Source of the DNA: Clostridia bacterium
Lineage (GTDB): Bacteria > Bacillota > Clostridia > Oscillospirales > CAG-272
NCBI GenBank assembly: GCA_017618795.1
Contig: JAFZTO010000025.1
Location: forward strand, 1 to 40,313
Direction: 5' to 3'
Length of the DNA: 40,313 nt
In this document: positions 15,889-24,673 of the stretch, piece after piece
Layout of the letters: each line of letters opens with the position of its first letter
How positions within the stretch are numbered: position 1 is the first letter of the stretch
Position numbers and translations under genes: made by a program
Notes under the pieces: generated by a model
Told to the model about the DNA's origin: nothing
The model's database searches: none
What the model saw: only the letters and a program-made list of their open reading frames with translations

Positions 15889-16527
15889 TCAGCGGTTATT
15901 GAATATATCGTATCCGCAGTTTCCGCAGAAACGCGTGTTCTGAATCGGCGCGCCGCAGTTGGGACAGAAATTCGAGGTTACCCTCGTCTGCCCGCCGTAA
16001 TTACGCGTGTACGGCTGCTGCTGGTAGCCGTACTGTCCGTATGGCCGTCCGGGAGCCGGTCCGTAGGGAGTGCCGGCATAGTTGCGGTAATATCTGCCGT
16101 TCGGGTCGGCGGAAGCGCGGCCCTGCGGGCCGACGTACGGCGTCTGGCTGAACGCGAGGATCATGTGGAATATAAGCGGCAGGAAGATAAGGCCTAGGCA
16201 GTATACCTCTTCCTTCGAGAACGCGACGGAGAGTTTGACATAGTAATAAATGCTTACGATCACGTTTGCTACCGGAATGAACAGAAGCAGCATGTACGCG
16301 CCGTGTCCGGTTGCTATCTCAAACAGAGACCATGTGTTGTAAAAAGGAATCAGCGCGATCCAGCCAGGCTTGCCCGCTTTTTTCAGCAACTTCCAGTTGA
16401 TTACGATCCAGAGCGCCGCGACGGCCAGGGCGATTACACCGATGAAAATAAGTATTCTTGTCAGTATATTCAGATCTTCGATCGACAGATCCGGGCCGTA
16501 GTAATAGAATGGTAGTAATGATCTCAT
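15889..16527 (-). CDS. DUF5684-like membrane protein with Tyr/Gly/Pro/Gln-rich linker and C-terminal zinc ribbon
   Basis: KKAGKPGWIALIPFYNTWSLFEI block. Low-complexity GRPYGQYGYQQQPYTRNYGG linker. C-terminal CPNCG-N8-CGNCG zinc ribbon. The start overlaps the exporter stop (ATGA). Confidence 0.7.
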   Translation of the reverse strand: MRSLLPFYYYGPDLSIEDLNILTRILIFIGVIALAVAALWIVINWKLLKKAGKPGWIALIPFYNTWSLFEIATGHGAYMLLLFIPVANVIVSIYYYVKLSVAFSKEEVYCLGLIFLPLIFHMILAFSQTPYVGPQGRASADPNGRYYRNYAGTPYGPAPGRPYGQYGYQQQPYTRNYGGQTRVTSNFCPNCGAPIQNTRFCGNCGYDIFNNR

Positions 16528-18527
16528 TTTGTTTCTCCTTCTGGTGTGAAGATTGTTTTGCTTTTGTTTTCTTTTGCGTCCTCCGGCACGGGGCCTTCGG
16601 TGCGTATAAGATCTGACGAAGTCAAATACCGTTCCGCCTGTGCGCTGAAGAGACCGTAGTATTTGCCTCTCAGTTTCATGAGTTCCCCGTGTGTGCCCTC
16701 CTCAACGAGCTTTCCGTACTCAAGCACTACGATCTTGTCCGCAGTCGTTGCGGAGGACAGACGGTGGGAAACGAAAATCGTCGTTCTGTCCTTGCGGAGC
16801 TGATCGAACTGGCGGTATATCTCCTGCTCTGCAATTGCGTCGAGAGAGGCCGTAGGTTCGTCGAGTATAAGGACGTCCGTGTCAGAGTAGAAGGCGCGCG
16901 CAACCGACAGTTTCTGCCACTGTCCTATGGACAGCTCTACGCCGTCCGTTTCGAAATATTTCATAAGCGGCGTGTCGTACCCGAGCGGCAGGCTTCTTAT
17001 GTAGTCGTCCGAATTGCTGTGTACCGCGGCAGATACGACGTTGTCCATATCGTACGGGCGGGAAATCTGCCCGAACATTATGTTTTCCCTGACCGTCACC
17101 GCATACTTGCCGAAGTCCTGGAATATTATTCCGAAAATAGAATAAAGTTCGCCGATATCGTATTCCTTTATGTCGTGTCCGTCAAGGAGTATAACGCCTT
17201 CAGTCGGGTCGTAAAGTCTTGTCAGAAGCTTGATAAGCGTTGTTTTACCAGCTCCGTTAAGGCCGACGAGCACTACGGTCTGCCCCGGTTCTATCACAAG
17301 GTTCACGTGCGAGATAACGTCGCGTTCTGTTCCCGGATAGCGGAAGCTTACATCCCTGAACTCAAATTTGTGCGCCACGTGGCGTTCCGGCTTTCGGGGC
17401 TCTGGCAGGGAAGAAACGACTGTCTGCCTGCGCTCCATGAACGTGATCAGGTTGTCGATGAACAGCGTGCCTTCATAGATCGAGGCTATTATCGATATCA
17501 GCGAAGCGACGCCGCCGGAAACGGATGATAGCGCACCCGCGTAAAGCGAATAGTCGCCGACCGGATATTGTCCCCTTGTCACCCCGTGAGCGATATAAAT
17601 GAAAAGCGCGGTGTGCGCGGCGGTGGAAATTACCGAAATCAGCAGCTGCCACAGACCCTCGGCGACGAACAGATTTTTAAGTCCCTTGAAATATTTGCTG
17701 AAAACGCCGTTGTACCGTTCGATGAAGGTGTCGGACAGATTGAACATCTTGACTTCTTTGACAAGATCCTTGTTGGTTATAAGCGAGGAATAATAGCTCA
17801 TCTGTCTGCGGTCCTTGGAACGGTGGCGCATGTAGTTGAAATTTTTTCTTCTGTAAACGAAGCTGATGATTGCCGACGGGATGGCTATTATCATCATAAG
17901 GAACGGCGCGGCCGGATTAACTCCCCATAGAATGATGACAAACGAAATGATGGATATCAGTCTGCTGACAATGTTGAAGCTGGCCTGCAGTATCTGTATC
18001 GGACGGTGTCCTGCCTCCCGGCTGGCGTTTTCCAGTTTTTCGTAAAAGTCTGGCCTGTCGTAGTCGGCAAGGTCGATCTCCTTTGCCTTGCGCATTATCT
18101 TGACGTTAACGTGGTTGACGACAAGCTCTCCGGCTATACTGGTGAGAATAGACGAAATCTGACCGACGAACGAGGAAAAAAGCTGGTATCCAGCCTGTAC
18201 GACGAGAAGCACGACTACCGTGCGGAACATGTCGATCTGTCCCTGGCTGGCCACAGCCTGGTTGTACGCCTCCGCCAATCCGTTTATCAGGCTTGCGGAT
18301 ATTTTGGCGGCGACGACAGGCAGTATGCCCTGTACCACGGCTGTGAACATCATCACGAAGAGTATCCAGGGCCGTGTTTCCCACACAAGTCTGAAAATGT
18401 AGAAGAGGCGCGAGAAAACGGAACGGGCAGTTTTTGCCAGATATTTCGGCCAGTCTCTCAGCCTGTCCGGTCTGTCGGATTTGATTTTATCGTTCCCGCC
18501 GGGCGGGAATCCCATCATAGGGCCCAT
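16524..18527 (-). CDS. ABC exporter, fused permease-ATPase half transporter (MsbA/type I exporter fold)
   Basis: 667 aa with an N-terminal six-helix TMD. Walker A GLNGAGKTT, signature LSIGQWQK, Walker B LILDEPTASLD, H-loop VSHRLS. Confidence 0.9.
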   Translation of the reverse strand: MGPMMGFPPGGNDKIKSDRPDRLRDWPKYLAKTARSVFSRLFYIFRLVWETRPWILFVMMFTAVVQGILPVVAAKISASLINGLAEAYNQAVASQGQIDMFRTVVVLLVVQAGYQLFSSFVGQISSILTSIAGELVVNHVNVKIMRKAKEIDLADYDRPDFYEKLENASREAGHRPIQILQASFNIVSRLISIISFVIILWGVNPAAPFLMMIIAIPSAIISFVYRRKNFNYMRHRSKDRRQMSYYSSLITNKDLVKEVKMFNLSDTFIERYNGVFSKYFKGLKNLFVAEGLWQLLISVISTAAHTALFIYIAHGVTRGQYPVGDYSLYAGALSSVSGGVASLISIIASIYEGTLFIDNLITFMERRQTVVSSLPEPRKPERHVAHKFEFRDVSFRYPGTERDVISHVNLVIEPGQTVVLVGLNGAGKTTLIKLLTRLYDPTEGVILLDGHDIKEYDIGELYSIFGIIFQDFGKYAVTVRENIMFGQISRPYDMDNVVSAAVHSNSDDYIRSLPLGYDTPLMKYFETDGVELSIGQWQKLSVARAFYSDTDVLILDEPTASLDAIAEQEIYRQFDQLRKDRTTIFVSHRLSSATTADKIVVLEYGKLVEEGTHGELMKLRGKYYGLFSAQAERYLTSSDLIRTEGPVPEDAKENKSKTIFTPEGETK

Positions 18528-18561
18528 ATGATTTACCGTTCCCCAAGTCAGAATACATTAT

Positions 18562-18590
18562 ATTATACCACACTTCCCGCACCAATGCAA
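18562..18590 (-). promoter_or_regulatory. Promoter with extended -10 for the exporter operon
   Basis: The reverse strand reads TTGCAT, 17-nt spacer ending in TGG, then TATAAT. Confidence 0.6.
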
Positions 18591-18659
18591 TAAACGGGCT
18601 GTAAAAAAATCTTTTTTGAAAACAATTTTCGTGTTGAGAGGAAATTTACCTTTAAACTC

Positions 18660-18688
18660 TTGAAATATCGGCGGAAACAAGGTATAAT
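18660..18688 (+). promoter_or_regulatory. Promoter of the seven-gene operon
   Basis: TTGAAA, 17-nt spacer, then TATAAT. AGGAG at 18712-18716 precedes the GTG start at 18723. Confidence 0.6.
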
Positions 18689-18722
18689 AATATAGATAAA
18701 GTCTGTCTGACAGGAGATTACC

Positions 18723-19748
18723 GTGTCAAAAAAGTTCGGAGGGGGTATAAGCTCCCTCAAATGCGATTTTAAAAACAGAACGTCAGCCGGAGAGCCGAAA
18801 GGCGATTTTCCGGTCGTTTTTCAGCCTCTTGACAAAAAGTTCGGTGATTATACGGCGGCCGAGCTCAGAGATATTGCCGCCGAAAGGGGCGTTTTGCTGC
18901 CGGAGAGGGAAAAGCAGGCCGAAAGACTTTATATTAATCTGAGCGAGAGCGACATCGGCGTTTGCCTCTGCTCACTGCTGACGCTGACATATCCCGACAG
19001 GATAGTGAAGGGCGCGCTGCTTCTCATGAAGATTTACGGCATAGGCAGGGGCATTTTTGCCGTTCCGAGAAGCTACTACAGAGAAGCGAACCTGATAAAC
19101 GCGGAAATCCGGAAGAACAAACTGCTGTCGATCGTCACGGTTGCGGACAGATATCCGATGTACGACGGCCATACGCTTGTTCTGGCTGCGGCGGGAGTCG
19201 AGATAAACGGCGGCAGAGACCTGTCCACAACGAGTTTTATGACCGCAACGCCGGAGTTGTGCGTCAACCTTTTCGGGGTTCTCGCAATCGGTACGGAACC
19301 TGTAAAATATTTTTCTGTCGGCGGAGATATGCTGAAAAAGGCGGAGCTTATGACCGTAAGCGAAGGCATGACCGCCGAGGACGCCCTCGAGAGATGCGGA
19401 CTCGACAAAAGCGGAGCTCTTGTATGCGGAGGACTTGTCAGGGGACGTATTCTGAACGACGGCGATGCTATACCCCGGAATACGGACGGGCTGCTGTTTT
19501 TGAAGAAAAAGCCTGCCGAAACGCGGGCCTACGATTGCGTGTCCTGCGGTAAATGCGATGGTGTCTGCCCGATGCGTCTTACACCTTCAATGATAAACGA
19601 GATGCTGAACAGGGGAAGGGATCCCAGACGGTTTTCTCCTTCTGCGTGCATAGGCTGCGGGTGCTGCAGCTATATCTGCCCGTGCGGAGAAAAGATATGC
19701 GAGAAGATACAGAGATACAACGCGGAAAAGGAGACGGGCAATGACTGA
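18723..19748 (+). CDS. RnfC-like protein with 2x[4Fe-4S] motifs and a degenerate nucleotide-binding region
   Basis: GTG start. C-terminal CVSCGKCDGVCP and CIGCGCCSYICP ferredoxin motifs. SLBB-like segment (VGGDMLKKAELMTVSEGMTAEDALERCG). GGGISS stands where RnfC has GGAGFPT, and INLSESDIG where RnfC has NgaECEP. The RnfC N-terminal barrel is absent. Confidence 0.65.
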   Translation: MSKKFGGGISSLKCDFKNRTSAGEPKGDFPVVFQPLDKKFGDYTAAELRDIAAERGVLLPEREKQAERLYINLSESDIGVCLCSLLTLTYPDRIVKGALLLMKIYGIGRGIFAVPRSYYREANLINAEIRKNKLLSIVTVADRYPMYDGHTLVLAAAGVEINGGRDLSTTSFMTATPELCVNLFGVLAIGTEPVKYFSVGGDMLKKAELMTVSEGMTAEDALERCGLDKSGALVCGGLVRGRILNDGDAIPRNTDGLLFLKKKPAETRAYDCVSCGKCDGVCPMRLTPSMINEMLNRGRDPRRFSPSACIGCGCCSYICPCGEKICEKIQRYNAEKETGND

Positions 19749-21075
19749 TTTTTCCGATCTTACCCGCGAACTTGAAGAGGAATTCAGGGAAATGAGCGAG
19801 CTGCCGATAGGCAGCAACCTGGCCGAGGGCGAGGCGATCGACGACGAGCAGTTTGACGAAGACGTGCAGCCGGGGGCGGATGAAACAGGCACCGGCAGTA
19901 CGGATGTTGATGAAACCGTTAAGCCCGACGGAGCGGCTGAACAGAATTCCGAGCCGGAGGAAATTGCCGGAAAGGAAGACCTCGCGGACGATAGTGAGCA
20001 CGATGGAACCGAGGTAAAAACCGAAGCGGAGCCCACTGCCGAAAAGGCAAAAAAACGCGGTCCGTTTGCGGTGATAAGGGAGCGTCTGAAGCAGCGTGAC
20101 AGGCTCATATCGACAGAACTCGATATTATGATAGCGCTTCTTCCGCTTGTCGCGTGGGGCGTTTACGCTTACGGGACGCGAGTGCTCGCCGTGGTTCTGA
20201 CCGGAATCCTTTCGGCAATGGTTTCAGACATAATCGGAATAGCGATTTTCAGAAGAAAAATCGAATTCCCGCTTTCAGCGTCTGCGGTGACAGGTACAAT
20301 AATCGCGCTCAGCTGTCCCGCGTCGGTTCCGCTGTGGGCGGTAGCCGCCGCCTCGGCCGGGGCTGTTATAATCGTAAAGAATCTGCTGAACGGTTCGGGG
20401 CTTCTTCCGCTGAATCCGTCGGCGACTGCAGTCGCGCTGCTGTACATTGCAATGCCGGCCGTAATGACGTCAATCCCGCAGTTCGGTTCGCGTGCCGGTT
20501 TTTTCGGAGGCGGATATGACATGGCGCAGACCACCGAGCTTGCGCGGCTTCTCGAGGGCCGGATGCCCGAGACGTCGGTCGGAGCAATGATCGTCGGTCT
20601 CCGCTCGGGCGGGATCGGACACATTTCCGCGGTGCTCATAATCGGAGCGTTCATCTACCTGCTGATGCGCAAAGCCGTGCGCGGAGACGTGATGGCCGGA
20701 TTTCTGATCACGGTGGGAGTGTATTTTTACCTGAACCCGAAGCTGCTTATAGTTTCCGACGTTCTGGCCCTTAAATACGCCCTTTACCAGCTTCTCTGCG
20801 CCGACACCCTGTTTACCGTGGTATTTATAGCCTCCGCTCCGGTGTCGTGCCCGAAGACCTCCAGAGGCAGGCTCGTCGCCGGCGTCGCCGGCGGGCTGGC
20901 CACCGCTCTTGCGCGGGTTTACGTCGGCGGAGAAATATCCGTCGTTCTTGCCGCCCTTGTCATAAGTCTGCTGTCGCGCCCGCTCGATCTGGTGTTCCAG
21001 CCGATGGGCGTGTTTGGCGGCGCAGTCAGAAAACCGAAGAAACAAAAAACTTCCTCAAACGAAAATGAAACTTAA
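19741..21075 (+). CDS. RnfD/NqrB-like polytopic membrane protein with an N-terminal acidic extension of about 110 aa
   Basis: The first ~110 residues are dominated by D/E (EEEFREMSE, DDEQFDEDV, SEPEEIAGKEDLADDSEHD). An RnfD-like core follows (DIMIALLPLVAWGVYAYG, LPLNPSATAVALL). The canonical flavinylation motif (SGAT) reads MAQTT. FMATDxVTSP reads FIASAPVSCP. Confidence 0.65.
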   Translation: MTDFSDLTRELEEEFREMSELPIGSNLAEGEAIDDEQFDEDVQPGADETGTGSTDVDETVKPDGAAEQNSEPEEIAGKEDLADDSEHDGTEVKTEAEPTAEKAKKRGPFAVIRERLKQRDRLISTELDIMIALLPLVAWGVYAYGTRVLAVVLTGILSAMVSDIIGIAIFRRKIEFPLSASAVTGTIIALSCPASVPLWAVAAASAGAVIIVKNLLNGSGLLPLNPSATAVALLYIAMPAVMTSIPQFGSRAGFFGGGYDMAQTTELARLLEGRMPETSVGAMIVGLRSGGIGHISAVLIIGAFIYLLMRKAVRGDVMAGFLITVGVYFYLNPKLLIVSDVLALKYALYQLLCADTLFTVVFIASAPVSCPKTSRGRLVAGVAGGLATALARVYVGGEISVVLAALVISLLSRPLDLVFQPMGVFGGAVRKPKKQKTSSNENET

Positions 21076-22504
21076 AAATAGAATTATCGCGCTCTGTGCT
21101 TGCGTTTTTACGCTGACGTGTTTTGCCGTTCCGGCGCACGGCATAGGCAAGCCGGACGTTAAATATTCGGAATGCGCACTCGTATACTGTATCGAATCAA
21201 ACCAGCGGCTGTATGAATCGAACACCGACAGAGTCATTTATCCTGCCGGTCTCGTAAAGCTCATGACGGCTCTTGTGGCCTCGGAATACGCGCTCGGGCT
21301 TGACGAAGGCTACGGAAGGATATGCACCGTTTCTCCGACCGCATACTATTCAACGGCGGGCAATGACATCAACCTGCAGATCGGCGAACAGATGTCGATG
21401 TACAATCTTCTCGTCGGGGTGCTGCTTGCCGGAGCCAACGACTGCGCCAACGTGCTTGCGGAGGAGGTCGCAGGTTCGATAGACGAGTTTGTCCTCATGA
21501 TGAACGAAAAGGCCGAGTCGCTCGGTATGACCAATACGCATTACACCAATCCGACCGGCCTTCACGACGACGAGATGGTCACAACGGTCGACGACCTGCT
21601 TATTCTCGCTCTTTACGCGAGCGCCGATCAGTACATTTCTGAAATTGCCGCAAAGAAGACCGAGACCATTCCGGCAACCAACCGCGACAACGCGAGGTAT
21701 CTGGGAACCCGTAATTATCTCGTGTCCGACAACGCCGTGTCGGGATATTACTACAGATATGCGACGGGTCTTGCCTGCGGAAGCACGGTGCAGGGCGGCT
21801 ACTGCGTGATTGGCACAGCCAGTCACAACGGGCTTAATTTCATAGCCATTTCCACCGGTGCGCAAAACGTCAAGGTGATAGACCGCGAGCAGGTGCTCGA
21901 GGTCGATGAAAACGGAGATCTTGTTTACGACGACGAAGGCAATCCGGTTATTCTCGTCGAAGAGATATCGCACACTGATTTCAGAGGTCTTACCGACGCA
22001 AAGAACATGCTTTACTGGGCTGACAGCTCGTTCAGGTATATCAAGGCGGTCGACAGATCCACTCCGATATGCGAAATAAAGGTCAGGCTTGCCAAAAACA
22101 CCGACAGAGCGGTCCTTCTCCCCGAATTTCCCATAGAGTTGTTTGTGCCTACCGATGTCGACAGGGTTAACGACATAGTTCTCGACTGGACGCTTGACAG
22201 CGACGTGCTGTACGCTCCCGTCAAGGCGGGAGAGCGCGTCGGAACCGTGCGCGTCACTTATATGGGAGACTTTATTGGCGAGGTGCCGCTCATTGTCAAC
22301 ACTACCATCGAGCAGAGTACGATGCTGGTTATCCTCGACGCCGCGTGGCAGATATGCAAAACTCCGTTTGCGAGGGTAGCGCTGATATCCATTGCGGTTG
22401 CGGTCATCGCTTACATAATCATCAACGCCGTCGAGCGGCAGAAAAAGAAAAACGCCGCCAAGCGCAGGAGGCTGCACTCCACCGACACGAAATATCTGCA
22501 GTAA
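21065..22504 (+). CDS. PBP5/DacB-type D-alanyl-D-alanine carboxypeptidase homolog with substituted catalytic motifs (predicted inactive)
   Basis: Start at the ATG at 21065 gives a signal peptide (MKLKNRIIALCACVFTLTCFAVPAHG). The Peptidase_S11-like core is clear (NTHYTNPTGLHD). However SxxK reads GLVK, SxN reads GAN and KTG reads ACG. A C-terminal TM anchor is followed by KKKNAAKRRR. Confidence 0.75.
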   Translation: MKLKNRIIALCACVFTLTCFAVPAHGIGKPDVKYSECALVYCIESNQRLYESNTDRVIYPAGLVKLMTALVASEYALGLDEGYGRICTVSPTAYYSTAGNDINLQIGEQMSMYNLLVGVLLAGANDCANVLAEEVAGSIDEFVLMMNEKAESLGMTNTHYTNPTGLHDDEMVTTVDDLLILALYASADQYISEIAAKKTETIPATNRDNARYLGTRNYLVSDNAVSGYYYRYATGLACGSTVQGGYCVIGTASHNGLNFIAISTGAQNVKVIDREQVLEVDENGDLVYDDEGNPVILVEEISHTDFRGLTDAKNMLYWADSSFRYIKAVDRSTPICEIKVRLAKNTDRAVLLPEFPIELFVPTDVDRVNDIVLDWTLDSDVLYAPVKAGERVGTVRVTYMGDFIGEVPLIVNTTIEQSTMLVILDAAWQICKTPFARVALISIAVAVIAYIIINAVERQKKKNAAKRRRLHSTDTKYLQ

Positions 22505-22513
22505 AAGGCAGCA

Positions 22514-24673
22514 ATGTACATAAAGTCGATTCACATCACCGCATTTGCGGGAAAACAGAATACCGATATCACACTTGGAAACGGGTTAAACATCATTTCG
22601 GGTGAAAACGAATCCGGCAAAAGTACAATCGCGGAATTTGTCCGCTTTGCGCTTTACGGATTTGCGCGGAAAAGCGATCGCGAACTTTACCAGCCTTTTC
22701 TTTCTCCGCTCTGCGCCGGGTCCGTTACCTTTGCGTGCGAAGACGGAGAATATACCGTCGAGCGCAGCGAAAACGGAGCAAAAAGGCAGGTGAGGGTATC
22801 AAAGGACGGCGTTCCTGTTGAAATGAACTGCGAGCCGGGGGAGTTTCTTCTCGGCATTCCGTCTTCCGAACTGTATGTCTCTACCGTATACGTCGGGCAG
22901 GGAGGCACGGCTCTCAACGGCAAAAGCACGGCCGAAGCGGTGGAAAATCTTCTTTTTACCGGAGATGAAAACGTTTCCGCCGAGAGGGCCCTTTCCAGGC
23001 TTGACGGGCTGAGAAAAGAGCTGATGCCGCAGAAAAACGGCAACGGCGCCGTTCGCGAATGCGAAAGGGAAATTAACAATCTCAACAGTGAAAAATATCA
23101 GGCCGCGGAGGAGGACAGGACGATCAGCGAGCACTACCGCAAGCTTGCGCGCTATTCCGATCTGATCGCGGGTGCTGACGAAAGACTCGAGCGCGCGAGA
23201 GACGACGAGATCACATGGATGATAAAAAAACTCCGTGACGAGGGCGAGAAACTGGCCGAGGAAGGGGAAAAGGCAGATCTTGCGAGAGAACAGCTTGAGC
23301 TTTTCGAATCCAAACACTCCCGAAACGACCGTATGCCCGGGAAAAAGGACAGAGACGAACTGTTTGCGTCATATACCAATCTCGGCAACGAGACCCGCGA
23401 TCTCTACACGGCGAACAGGCGGATCACGGAGATCAGAGGAGAACTTGAAAAAAACGAGCTTGACATAGAAGCGCGTAAAAAAGAGAATCAGCCGAAAATA
23501 GCCGATGCGTATCTGAAAAGGACGATTGCAGGCGTCGGAGCCGTCGTATGCTTTGCCGCGTTCGTTGCATGTCTGGTTGTTACCGTAATAGGCGTAACAT
23601 CGTCGAGCAGGGTCGCATATCTTACCGGCGGAGGTCTGGCGCTGCTGTCGCTTATTACACTTGCCGCGGCTTTTATGTTTATGAAGCATTTCGGGACGCG
23701 GGCAATGGAACTGGAGGACGTAAACGATCTGCGCGATGAACGCCTTCACCTTGAGGACGAGCTGTCCACACGGATAAAGCTCGCGGAGAGCGAAAAAGAA
23801 GAGTTCAGGGAAGCCTGCGCAACGTACAAGGAAAAGGCGGACAAATGGGGACTCAATCCCTGCTTTGCCGTCAGACTGTTCGACGCAATACTTGACGAGT
23901 ATGAAAAACTCAGAACGGAAAGCGCCGAGACAAACAGCGTATATATTAACCACAGGTCTGCTTACGACATGAAAATTGCCGATCCCGATACCGTAAGGGA
24001 TGACGGCAGGGAAATCGACCTGCCGCTGAATTACGACGACGGGACTTTTGCGAAAATCAGGCAGGAGTGTTCGGGTTACGTAAGGGAAATGGAGAAAAGG
24101 TCCTCGGAGGTCCGCGAATCGCTTGCCGGTATACTGAGCCGGCATCGCTCCGCTACCGAGATAGAGGAGAAAATATGCGAGCTTACGCCCAAGTTGGAGG
24201 GCTACAAAAGAAAGTACGATGCCGTTTTAACAGCCATAGAGGGCATAAGAGCCGCGGAGGACGAGATGCGTCAGAGCGTTTTTCCGCGTCTCTCGGAGAG
24301 CGCCGGCGGATATCTTTCGCGGATAACGGCAGCCCGATACGGCTCGGTAGGGGTTGACAACGCACTCGGCATGACATTCACACCCGATGACGGACACGGG
24401 GGCAGAGTCGTGAGGGACGCGAGATACATGAGCGGCGGAACTGCGGACGCCGCGTACGTATGTCTCCGTCTGGCGCTAGCTGAACTGATTTCCGAAAAAA
24501 AACTTCCGGTCATTCTTGACGAGAGCTTGATCCGTCTTGACGACGGACGCATGTCGGACTGCCTTCGTATGCTGTCGGAAACCGGGCGCCAGATACTTGT
24601 GTTTTCTTCATCCGACAGGGAATCAAGGCTTGCCGAAATATCCGGCACTGTTGCGGAAAGAGTGCGCATATGA
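22514..24673 (+). CDS. SMC/SbcC-like AAA ATPase with a central transmembrane hairpin (YhaN-like)
   Basis: N-terminal MYIKSIHITAF...GENESGKST (Walker A). Long coiled-coil-like charged regions. Two hydrophobic helices at about nt 23524-23685. C-terminal MSGGTADAAYV signature and LPVILDESLIRLDD Walker B. Confidence 0.75.
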   Translation: MYIKSIHITAFAGKQNTDITLGNGLNIISGENESGKSTIAEFVRFALYGFARKSDRELYQPFLSPLCAGSVTFACEDGEYTVERSENGAKRQVRVSKDGVPVEMNCEPGEFLLGIPSSELYVSTVYVGQGGTALNGKSTAEAVENLLFTGDENVSAERALSRLDGLRKELMPQKNGNGAVRECEREINNLNSEKYQAAEEDRTISEHYRKLARYSDLIAGADERLERARDDEITWMIKKLRDEGEKLAEEGEKADLAREQLELFESKHSRNDRMPGKKDRDELFASYTNLGNETRDLYTANRRITEIRGELEKNELDIEARKKENQPKIADAYLKRTIAGVGAVVCFAAFVACLVVTVIGVTSSSRVAYLTGGGLALLSLITLAAAFMFMKHFGTRAMELEDVNDLRDERLHLEDELSTRIKLAESEKEEFREACATYKEKADKWGLNPCFAVRLFDAILDEYEKLRTESAETNSVYINHRSAYDMKIADPDTVRDDGREIDLPLNYDDGTFAKIRQECSGYVREMEKRSSEVRESLAGILSRHRSATEIEEKICELTPKLEGYKRKYDAVLTAIEGIRAAEDEMRQSVFPRLSESAGGYLSRITAARYGSVGVDNALGMTFTPDDGHGGRVVRDARYMSGGTADAAYVCLRLALAELISEKKLPVILDESLIRLDDGRMSDCLRMLSETGRQILVFSSSDRESRLAEISGTVAERVRI

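Noticed and set aside
16689-18593. Plus-strand ORFs 16689..17528, 17568..17930 and 18006..18593
   Set aside because: They are antisense to the ABC exporter, which has complete Walker A, signature, Walker B and H-loop motifs.
21350-22534. 394-aa reverse-strand ORF
   Set aside because: It is entirely antisense to the PBP5-like gene. The translation is Arg/Gly/Val-rich with no motifs, so it is a shadow ORF in GC-rich coding DNA.
23369-24145. 258-aa reverse-strand ORF, plus other antisense ORFs between 22687 and 24702
   Set aside because: They lie inside the SMC-like ATPase gene, which has N- and C-terminal ATPase motifs in one continuous frame.
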